Shown one piece after another: positions 7,580 to 14,448 of a stretch of 32,000 bases of DNA. The stretch is from Dickeya solani IPO 2222 (GTDB taxonomy: Bacteria; Pseudomonadota; Gammaproteobacteria; Enterobacterales; Enterobacteriaceae): the NCBI RefSeq assembly GCF_001644705.1, contig NZ_CP015137.1:2700001-2732000 (forward strand), given 5' to 3'. The position numbers were made by a program, and so were the translations under genes. How positions within the stretch are numbered: the first letter of the stretch is position 1; the number at the start of each line of letters is the position of its first letter. Below the pieces are notes generated by a model. The model had not been told where the DNA came from. It searched no databases and saw nothing but the letters and a program-made list of their open reading frames with translations.

Positions 7580-9301
7580 ATGATGAATACAACCGCTCAG
7601 TCTCCTTCGTCGCCCGGTGTGAGTTTCTGGCACCACTGGCGGCTGATGCCGATGTTCAGTTCGATCATCGGCGTCATTCTGATCCTGTTCGCGTTGGCGA
7701 TAGGGTTTTCGGTCCATTTTTTGATGCGCAGCAACAACTCTCTCAATGACGTGACGGCGGAAATCCAGGTCCGTTTGGGGGTTTCCAACAGTTCCAACCA
7801 CCTGCGTACCGCCCGGCTGATGTTGATTCAGGCCGCCGCCGCCGCCAAGGATGGCGATAAAGACACCGCCAGCAGCAGTATCCAGCAGGCGGAAGGGCGT
7901 TTGAAACAGTCGGCGGACAGCTTTGCCGCCTACCAGAACCGTGAAGTAAAAACCCCCGCCGACCTGGCGCTGGATGACGCGCTGCAGCAGCGCTACAACG
8001 ACTACGTCAACAATGGCGTCAGGCCGATGCTGGATGCGGTGAAAGCCGGTCGTTACGACGATGTGGTCGCCACCGAATGGAAACAGACCCGTAAGCTTGA
8101 CCTGGCCTACAACGAGGTGTTGCTGAAAGTGGTGGCGATCCGCACCCAGCGGGCGGAAGCGCTCAACAGCGAAGCGCAGCAAGAGTCAGTGTTGGGCTAT
8201 AGCGTGATGGCCGTCAGCTTTGTGGTGGCGGTGCTGGTGTCGTTGTTTACCTACCTGTGCCTGCGCCGGGTGATTATCAAACCGATGCGCTCGCTGGTTG
8301 AACGTATCGAACACATCGCCTCCGGCGATCTCACCATGCCGATGGCGCAGTGGGGGCGCGGCGAAGTCGGCCAACTGGGGCAGTATTTGCAGAACATGCA
8401 GCAGTCGCTGGCGCGAACCGTCAGCAACGTGCGTCACGGGGTGGAGGCCATTTATCAGGGCATTACCGAAATTTCCGCCGGTAACAGCGACCTCTCTTCC
8501 CGCACCGAAGAACAGGCGTCGGCGCTGGAACAGACCGCCTCCAGCATGGAAGAGTTGACCTCCACCGTGCGCCATAACGCCGACAACGCCAACCATGCCA
8601 GCCAGCTGTCTGGCAATGCTTCCGGCAAGGCGCGGCAGGGCGGTGAACTGGTGGATAGCGTGGTGAAAACCATGGGCAATATTCACCAGAGCTCGAAGAA
8701 GATTTCCGAAATCACCAACATCATCAACGGCATCGCCTTCCAGACCAACATCCTGGCGCTCAACGCCGCGGTGGAAGCCGCGCGCGCCGGCGAGCAAGGG
8801 CGTGGTTTTGCGGTAGTGGCGGGCGAGGTGCGTTCGCTGGCGCAGCGCAGTGCTCAGGCCGCCAAAGAGATCGAAGGGCTGATCAACGAATCGGTGGCGC
8901 TGGTGGAAACCGGCTCCGGTCAGGTCAGCCGCGCCGGGGAAACCATGCAGGATATCGTCAACGCCGTGACCAGCGTGACGGATATCATGGCGGAAATTTC
9001 GGTGGCGTCGCAGGAACAGAGCAAAGGTATCGATCAGGTCGGGCAGGCGATTAACTCTATCGATAATGTCACCCAGCAGAACGCCGCGTTGGTGGAACAG
9101 GCAACTGCCGCCGCCACGTCGCTGGCCGAACAGGCCGCCGGGTTGAACGAAGCGGTGTCGGCGTTCCGCATCGATGGCGCGGAACGTCGTCCGGCCATCA
9201 GTATCGCGGCCCGTTCGGCTTCTCCGCACGCGGCGTTGCCCAAAGCGCTCCCCGGCGCGAAAAAGGCCAAAAGCAGCAACGACGGCTGGGAAACCTTTTG
9301 A
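7580..9301 (+). CDS. methyl-accepting chemotaxis protein, Tar/Tsr-like (4-helix-bundle sensor, HAMP, signalling domain, C-terminal GWETF tether)
   Basis: The 573-aa ORF has two TM segments flanking a ~160-aa periplasmic domain. It has the highly conserved hairpin IINGIAFQTNILALNAAVEAARAGEQGRGFAVVAGEVRSLAQRSA, and EEQ/QEQ methylation-site-like motifs. The C-terminal NDGWETF resembles the NWETF CheR/CheB docking pentapeptide. Confidence 0.95.
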   Translation: MMNTTAQSPSSPGVSFWHHWRLMPMFSSIIGVILILFALAIGFSVHFLMRSNNSLNDVTAEIQVRLGVSNSSNHLRTARLMLIQAAAAAKDGDKDTASSSIQQAEGRLKQSADSFAAYQNREVKTPADLALDDALQQRYNDYVNNGVRPMLDAVKAGRYDDVVATEWKQTRKLDLAYNEVLLKVVAIRTQRAEALNSEAQQESVLGYSVMAVSFVVAVLVSLFTYLCLRRVIIKPMRSLVERIEHIASGDLTMPMAQWGRGEVGQLGQYLQNMQQSLARTVSNVRHGVEAIYQGITEISAGNSDLSSRTEEQASALEQTASSMEELTSTVRHNADNANHASQLSGNASGKARQGGELVDSVVKTMGNIHQSSKKISEITNIINGIAFQTNILALNAAVEAARAGEQGRGFAVVAGEVRSLAQRSAQAAKEIEGLINESVALVETGSGQVSRAGETMQDIVNAVTSVTDIMAEISVASQEQSKGIDQVGQAINSIDNVTQQNAALVEQATAAATSLAEQAAGLNEAVSAFRIDGAERRPAISIAARSASPHAALPKALPGAKKAKSSNDGWETF

Positions 9302-9370
9302 GTCTGGCGGCGACTACGCCGACTGATGAATAACGCCCGTCAGTGAACGGGGAATAAATAAACGGGGAAA

Positions 9371-9403
9371 AAAACGGGTGGCCTGCTGGTTGCCCGTTTT
9401 TTT
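9371..9403 (+). terminator. rho-independent terminator after the MCP gene, possibly bidirectional
   Basis: The stem aaaacgggt (9371-9379) pairs with gcccgtttt (9392-9400). It is followed by a T-run to 9403 and preceded by an A-run. Confidence 0.7.
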
Positions 9404-9414
9404 ATGCCTTACGT

Positions 9415-9636
9415 TTAGTAAAACGTCGGGCGGCCGGTGAAGTGCCCGACCCAGCCGGACGGATTGGTAAAAATGCGAATGGCGGTAAAATCAGGAAACT
9501 CGCCGCTATCGAACCAGTGCGGGGTATTGGCGGGCACCCGCAGCAGGTCGCCGGCCTGACAGGTGAGGCGATACACCTGTTCGCCCGCCGGGACGAAAAA
9601 GGTGCCGCTGCCGCGCACAAAGAAACGCACTTCAAT
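9415..9636 (-). pseudogene. mtnD: 3' remnant of acireductone dioxygenase (methionine salvage MtnD/ARD cupin); N-terminal ~100 codons missing
   Basis: The translation (I)EVRFFVRGSGTFFVPAGEQVYRLTCQAGDLLRVPANTPHWFDSGEFPDFTAIRIFTNPSGWVGHFTG matches the C-terminal half of Klebsiella-type MtnD (EVRFF...ISVPAxTPHWFDMG..P.FTAIRIF.NPEGW.A.FTG). An in-frame TAG at 9637-9639 sits immediately upstream, and beyond it the sequence turns unrelated and AT-rich. Confidence 0.75.
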
Positions 9637-9833
9637 CTACCTTTGCTTAACCGTATGGGAGAGATTGGCGATATCAGGTTTTTGGGGCAGGTTTCTGCGT
9701 TCATTTCGGTTGAGTATATTTGGGAGCGTTCTCTGGCGGCTCCCGCCGAATAATTTATTTTTTGAAACGTTATTAATATAGGCTGTTATTTATTTTCTAT
9801 TTTATTATTCATTTTGATTTGATTAAGAATAAA

Positions 9834-9858
9834 GCAGGGAAGGAAAATACTTCCCTGC
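9834..9858 (-). terminator. rho-independent terminator of the FlhE-like gene
   Basis: A perfect 9-bp stem, gcagggaag (9834-9842) with cttccctgc (9850-9858), encloses a 7-nt loop. On the minus strand it is followed by tttattctt. It lies 12 nt past the stop at 9870. Confidence 0.7.
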
Positions 9859-9869
9859 GGTCTGAATAT

Positions 9870-10292
9870 TTATTGCCAGTTTACGATGACTTGTGCCTGC
9901 TGGCCGGAAACCGGTACCGTTCCGCCACTGCCTACGCGCATGGCGAAGAAGAACGGCTGTGCCGGGCTTTTGCCTTTAAATACTTCGGTTGACATTCTTC
10001 TTGTGCGGGAGACATCAACACAATTGCTGGTGCTGCCCTGACACAGATAAACGCTCAGGCCTTGCGGATATCCCGCCACATTCCATGTCCAGCTGACGTA
10101 GGTAATCGCCCCGTTGGCTGGCGGATTGCCCTTAACCGGGACATCAGCGGTTTCGAGGAAATTACGGGCGTACACGCTGGGCAGTACCACGCTGGATGTG
10201 TAGCTGCCTGCCGCGATGGCCGCCTGAGAAAGTGAGGCCGCCAAAAGTGCGCCGCCCAGAGCGAGGCGTGTGAAAACTGATTTCCGTTTCAT
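9870..10292 (-). CDS. exported FlhE-like protein (140 aa), not in a flagellar operon
   Basis: An internal ATG at 10292 gives the signal peptide MKRKSVFTRLALGGALLAASLSQAAIA. The mature part, ...ITYVSWTWNVAGYPQGLSVYLCQGSTSNCVDVS...FFFAMRVGSGGTVPVSGQQAQVIVNWQ, follows the FlhE pattern as I recall it from E. coli (..LVAWRYELNGPTPAGLRVRLCSQSRCVELDG...VWEVPGGG...SNQVIVNYR). Confidence 0.65.
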   Translation of the reverse strand: MKRKSVFTRLALGGALLAASLSQAAIAAGSYTSSVVLPSVYARNFLETADVPVKGNPPANGAITYVSWTWNVAGYPQGLSVYLCQGSTSNCVDVSRTRRMSTEVFKGKSPAQPFFFAMRVGSGGTVPVSGQQAQVIVNWQ

Positions 10293-10849
10293 ATAAATAA
10301 CTCTCAATATGAGATGAATTGACCGACAGAACAATAGGTCGTGCCTGTCCATGCTGGCTATTTTATGGCTCAACCAGACCATGGCCGAGCGTTTTTCCGG
10401 CAGTGCAAATAATACCTGCCGATAATAGATGGTTATTTTCTGTCGACGAACACCACTCCCCAGAGGTGAGAATAGGAATGGCAGCCGCTACGTTCTAATA
10501 ATTAGTCTTTGATGTCAATTTTATATTGTTCAATCGTGTTTTAGATATGAGGATGAAAATGACGTAAATAATTTTACTGATATTTATTTCTGGTGATGGG
10601 TAAATAGAATGAAAAAATATCTGGCGCAGTCGGGGAACAACGCCGCAGAAAGCCTGACGGCCGGGTTGGGGAGCTGGAGAAAATTATGATGTGCCGGTAG
10701 CGCTTGCGCCGCTGCCCATTCGTCACGTGCTTTCACCGGGGTCTATTCTTCAATAAAAAATAGTTTATTCTTAAATAATAAGGTCGCGATGGCCTGATGA
10801 CGTTGTGAATGCCTGGCGATAGGCATTGACTCCATTTAAGGAACGAAAA

Positions 10850-11467
10850 ATGACACTCACTGAACAAGCCCGGGTCTTTGCCACCGCAGCACATGCCGCC
10901 TGCGAACAGAAACGGAAATATACCGGCGAACCCTATATTGTCCATCCGGCGGCGGTGGTCGCGCTGTTGATGCAGATTGACCCGTCGCCGGAGATGATTG
11001 CCGCCGCCTGGCTGCACGATACGGTGGAAGATACCGCCGTGACGCTGGAGCAGGTGGCCGAATTGTTTGGCGCACAGGTCGCACGTTATGTGGAGATGCT
11101 GACCGATGTGCGCACCCGGCAAACCGGCGGTGAGCGCATTCACCGCAAGAATGCCAATTTGCTGCACAGCGCTGTCGCCAGCCCGGAGGCGCAAAGCATC
11201 AAGCTGTGTGATCTGATTGATAATAGCCGCAATGTACTGGAGCACGACCCGCTGTTTGCCCGCCCGTACATGGTGGAGATGCGCCGCTTGTTAGCGGTGC
11301 TGACGCAGGGCGACCCGAGGCTGTATGCCGTCGCGACCCGTCAGTGCGAGCATAATATTCTCGCTATTCACCGCACACAGGGCGATGAGGACTGGTATCA
11401 GCAATTATGGCTGCAGTACGAGGCCCATCTGCCGCTGAGCACGGTGCTGGCGCGAGCATGCGGATAG
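10850..11467 (+). CDS. stand-alone HD-domain protein of the RelA/SpoT hydrolase type (small alarmone hydrolase-like)
   Basis: The ATG at 10850 sits 6 nt after aaggaa. The product has KYTGEPYIVHPAAVVALL and AAAWLHDTVEDT, the HD (p)ppGpp-hydrolase signature, in 205 aa with no synthetase or regulatory domains. Confidence 0.75.
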   Translation: MTLTEQARVFATAAHAACEQKRKYTGEPYIVHPAAVVALLMQIDPSPEMIAAAWLHDTVEDTAVTLEQVAELFGAQVARYVEMLTDVRTRQTGGERIHRKNANLLHSAVASPEAQSIKLCDLIDNSRNVLEHDPLFARPYMVEMRRLLAVLTQGDPRLYAVATRQCEHNILAIHRTQGDEDWYQQLWLQYEAHLPLSTVLARACG

Positions 11468-11637
11468 CGTCTGGGATATTCACCGGTTAATTATCCCCAT
11501 ACCCGTCACAGTAAAAAAACTGACTGCCAGCCAGAAATCACCGCCGGTTGAGTCAGAATGACTCCATCGGCCATCAGATTAATTCCCGTTTTTTTATCGA
11601 TTAACAGTCGTCGGAATATACCCGGAAGCGGGTGGAA

Positions 11638-11659
11638 ATGACGCCAGGCGTCATTTTTT
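11638..11659 (+). terminator. hairpin plus T-run, an orphan rho-independent terminator candidate
   Basis: aatgacgcc-a-ggcgtcatt is followed by tttttt. It lies ~170 nt downstream of the HD gene stop, so it may end a long 3' UTR or a separate short transcript. Confidence 0.45.
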
Positions 11660-11926
11660 CAAGGCGTTATTTTTATTCTTTGGAGGAATTAGTCGTCCAC
11701 CGCCTTATATTAATTTCACTATAACTCATGATGAAATGTGATTCGCTGTCGCCTTTCCCGCCTCCTATGATGAATGGACGCAATCTGTTCCCTTTATTGT
11801 CGGCGGACGGGAGGAAATATGGGGTTATGTCACGGGTCAGAACGGTTGATTGCCGGGGCTGTCGCCTCTGACGGCGGGGCGATGCGCGCTTGCCGTTGGA
11901 TACGGACATGAGGTGAGGTGCGCCTG

Positions 11927-13087
11927 ATGACGGAGATCCCACGGCATATTATTGAGCAGGCTATCGAATGGCGGCGTGACTTTCATGCTCATCCGGAAAT
12001 CGGCCTGCACGAGCACCGCACCTCGGCACGGGTAGCCGAACTGCTGGCGTCCTTCGGGCTGGAGGTGCATCAGGGGATGGCGCAGACCGGTGTCGTCGGG
12101 ACATTACGCTACGGCGCCGGGCCGGCCATCGGCCTGCGGGCGGACATGGACGCGCTGCCGATTCAGGAACTGAACCGGTTCTCACACCGTTCTCGTTCCG
12201 AGGGCTGCATGCACGCCTGCGGACACGATGGCCATACTGCGATGCTGCTGGCGGCAGCGCGCTATCTGAGCGAGACCCGCCGGTTTCGCGGTACGGTGCA
12301 TTTTGTGTTTCAGCCGGCGGAGGAGAACGCCGGCGGCGGCAACATGATGGTGCGGGAAGGGTTGTTCGAGCGTTTCCCGATGCAGGCGATCTATGCGTTG
12401 CACAACTGGCCGGGTCTGGCGGCGGGCGAGGTGGCGGTCACCCCCGGTCCGATGATGGCCTCGCAGGATAGCTTCCACATTATTCTGACCGGCGTGGGAT
12501 GCCACGCGGCGATGCCGGAACGCGGCGCCGATCCGATCGTGGCCGCCGCCCAGCTGATTATGGCGTTGCAGACCATTACCGCCCGCCGGTTGTCGCCGCT
12601 GGAACAGGCGGTGATCAGTATCACCCGCATCGAAGGCGGAGAGGCCGTCAACGCCATTCCGGGTCAGGTCACGCTGGCGGGCACGCTACGTTGTCTGACG
12701 GCGGACACGCGCGAGCGGGCGCGGCAACTGATTGGCGACTATGTGCAGGCGGTGCCGCAGCCGATGGGAGTACAAAGCGAGTTGCGCTGGCGGCATGGCT
12801 ATCCGGTAACGCAGAACCAGCCCGCCGCGGCCGAGACGGTGCGTGAGGCGGCGATCGCGGCGCTGGGCGCAGCGCGGGTGCACTGGAATCAGCCTCCCTC
12901 AATGGCGGCGGAAGATTTCTCTTACCTGCTACAGGCCTGCCCCGGCGCTTATTTCTGGCTGGGCGCGGACGGCGCATCGCCATCGGCTTCGCTGCACAAT
13001 GCAGAATACGATTTTAACGATGAGATTATCGCCAACGGCGTTCAGGTATGGGTGGAACTGGTGCAACGGTCGTTGCGTGCAAGTTAG
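11927..13087 (+). CDS. M20-family amidohydrolase (hippurate hydrolase / N-acyl-amino-acid amidohydrolase-like)
   Basis: The ATG at 11927 sits 8 nt after aggtgagg. The product has WRRDFHAHPEIGLHE, GLRADMDALPI, MHACGHDGHTAMLL, FQPAEE and HN..YDFND, typical of the peptidase M20D subfamily. Confidence 0.9.
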   Translation: MTEIPRHIIEQAIEWRRDFHAHPEIGLHEHRTSARVAELLASFGLEVHQGMAQTGVVGTLRYGAGPAIGLRADMDALPIQELNRFSHRSRSEGCMHACGHDGHTAMLLAAARYLSETRRFRGTVHFVFQPAEENAGGGNMMVREGLFERFPMQAIYALHNWPGLAAGEVAVTPGPMMASQDSFHIILTGVGCHAAMPERGADPIVAAAQLIMALQTITARRLSPLEQAVISITRIEGGEAVNAIPGQVTLAGTLRCLTADTRERARQLIGDYVQAVPQPMGVQSELRWRHGYPVTQNQPAAAETVREAAIAALGAARVHWNQPPSMAAEDFSYLLQACPGAYFWLGADGASPSASLHNAEYDFNDEIIANGVQVWVELVQRSLRAS

Positions 13088-13123
13088 GCCGATTGATAAC
13101 GACGATACGACCGACCCTGATGC

Positions 13124-13366
13124 TTAACGACCGATACTTCTCAACTGGGTGCAAAACGGGCAGGTGCAACCGCTGACCGATGTGGCATCGCAGATACCCA
13201 ATTGACCGGCTTGCTGGCCGGTAGCGACATGACCGTTGCTGAACGCCGTTTCCACCTGCGCCAGCTTCATGGCGTCATTCGGGTTGATCGGCGCCAGTTT
13301 GGCCTGAAACGCCGACGCGTTGGCCGCCGCGAACGAGAGAAAAACCAGCGACATCCTGAGTTTCAT
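13124..13366 (-). CDS. small exported protein (80 aa precursor) with a C-terminal 4-Cys cluster; function unknown
   Basis: An internal ATG at 13366 gives a Sec-type signal MKLRMSLVFLSFAAANA|SAF. The mature ~62 aa ends GHVATGQQAGQLGICDATSVSGCTCPFCTQLRSIGR (C-x8-C-x-C-x2-C plus His). I recognise no family. The longer 13423 start in the track runs through the tandem repeat. Confidence 0.55.
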   Translation of the reverse strand: MKLRMSLVFLSFAAANASAFQAKLAPINPNDAMKLAQVETAFSNGHVATGQQAGQLGICDATSVSGCTCPFCTQLRSIGR

Positions 13367-13383
13367 GACAGACCGCCTGTAGG

Positions 13384-13434
13384 TTGCAAAGTAAATCATG
13401 TTGCAAAGTAAATCATGTTGCAAAATAAATCATG
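13384..13434. repeat. 17-bp tandem direct repeat x3 (ttgcaaagtaaatcatg)
   Basis: The copies are at 13384-13400 and 13401-13417 (identical) and 13418-13434 (one g>a change), followed by a partial ttgcgaagg. The array lies 18-68 nt upstream of the small exported protein's start codon. Confidence 0.9.
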
Positions 13435-13456
13435 TTGCGAAGGAATAATGACGGCT

Positions 13457-13471
13457 TGTTATAACATAACC
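13457..13471. promoter_or_regulatory. Zur-box-like (Fur-family) operator, copy 2
   Basis: TGTTATAACATAACc shares 14 nt with the palindrome at 13588-13606. Compare the enterobacterial Zur core as I recall it, TGTTATA-W-TATAACA. Confidence 0.45.
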
Positions 13472-13560
13472 TTTCCTGCTGCGCATCCCTCGTTCTCATC
13501 CTGAAATCGTACAGTTTGTAAGCGTTCATGACGGCCATGAGACCGTATTCGGCGACAGGT

Positions 13561-13589
13561 TTGACAGCGTTTTTGGGTTTCTTTATTGT
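13561..13589 (+). promoter_or_regulatory. sigma70 promoter candidate for the ABC importer operon
   Basis: A perfect -35 TTGACA (13561-13566) is followed by a 17-nt spacer and the -10 TATTGT (13584-13589). The -10 overlaps the 18-bp palindrome, so a bound repressor would occlude it. Confidence 0.55.
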
Positions 13590-13606
13590 TATGTTATAAC
13601 ATAACA
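13588..13606. promoter_or_regulatory. Zur-box-like operator, copy 1 (perfect 18-bp palindrome)
   Basis: GTTATGTTATAACATAAC (13588-13605) equals its own reverse complement. The embedded 15-mer TGTTATAACATAACA (13592-13606) differs from the recalled Zur core TGTTATAWTATAACA at one position. It lies 27 nt upstream of the ATPase ATG. Confidence 0.5.
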
Positions 13607-13632
13607 TTTTAAATCTCGGGAGTCGCTCTCGA

Positions 13633-14448
13633 ATGTGGCAGGCCAGGCCGCCCTTACTGCGGGTAGAACATCTGAACGTGGCGCATTCCGCCGGTCAGCC
13701 CTTGCTTACCGATATTCATTTTGCGGTCGGGAGCGGGGAATGTCTGGCGATTGTCGGCCCCAACGGCAGCGGCAAATCTACGCTGTTGCGCGCGTTGCTG
13801 CATGACCCGCCGCCGGCAAGCGGCTGTGTCTGGCTGGGTGATAAACCGCTGGCGCAGCTGTCCCGGTCACAACGGGCGCGGCGTATCGCGCTGATGAGCC
13901 AGCATGACTCCCCCAGCCTCGCGTTAACGGTGGAGGAGTACGTGTCGCTTGGCTGCCTGCCGCATGCCGATGCGCTGCCGTTGTCGGCACAACAGTCCAC
14001 GGTGGCGCAGGTGCTGGATGAAACCGGCTTGTCATCATTACGGCAGCGCAGCCTGGCGGCGTTGTCCGGCGGGGAACGCCAGCGGGCGTTTCTGGCGCGC
14101 GCGCTGGCGCAGCGTCCGGATCTGCTGCTGCTGGACGAACCGACCAACCATCTGGACCCGCTCGGGCGGGCGGCGTTGCTGGCGCTGGTGCGACAGCGCG
14201 GCATCGCCGTGGTGGCGGTATTGCACGATTTATCGCTGGTGGAGCCGTTCGCCGATCGGGTGTTGGTGCTGTGTCAGGGCCGACAGAGGTGTTGGGATGT
14301 GCCGTCCCGGGCGCTCGCCAGCGATTGTGTCTACCCGGTGTTCGGCATTCGCAGCTTCACGGTTCCCCATCCGGAAACCGGCCTGCCGTTTCGCTTGTTT
14401 GACGCGCCCGCAGGCGCGTGTGGATTTATTACCAGAGGAAGTCTATGA
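13633..14448 (+). CDS. ABC transporter ATP-binding protein (FepC/FhuC/BtuD-like)
   Basis: It has Walker A GPNGSGKST, the signature LSGGERQR, Walker B LLLLDEPTNHLD and the H-loop VLHD. Its stop overlaps the next start (ATGA at 14445-14448). Confidence 0.9.
   Translation: MWQARPPLLRVEHLNVAHSAGQPLLTDIHFAVGSGECLAIVGPNGSGKSTLLRALLHDPPPASGCVWLGDKPLAQLSRSQRARRIALMSQHDSPSLALTVEEYVSLGCLPHADALPLSAQQSTVAQVLDETGLSSLRQRSLAALSGGERQRAFLARALAQRPDLLLLDEPTNHLDPLGRAALLALVRQRGIAVVAVLHDLSLVEPFADRVLVLCQGRQRCWDVPSRALASDCVYPVFGIRSFTVPHPETGLPFRLFDAPAGACGFITRGSL

Noticed and set aside
10609-10689. A 26-codon ORF (MKKYLAQSGNNAAESLTAGLGSWRKL) in the GC-rich islet of the FlhE-like/HD spacer.
   Set aside because: It has no convincing SD and is too short to evaluate without comparative data. 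I retained it only as part of the observation that the islet may be a gene remnant or a structured leader.
13384-13434. The possibility that the short tandem repeats here, and at 1073-1135 and 19721-19752, represent a CRISPR array.
   Set aside because: The units are directly adjacent with no spacers, there are only 2-3 copies of 16-21 bp, and there are no cas genes.
13413-13607. A 64-codon minus-strand ORF spanning the ABC/small-protein control region.
   Set aside because: It runs through both palindromic operators and the tandem repeat, is AT-rich with no SD, and begins inside the -10 region of the ABC promoter. It is almost certainly non-coding.
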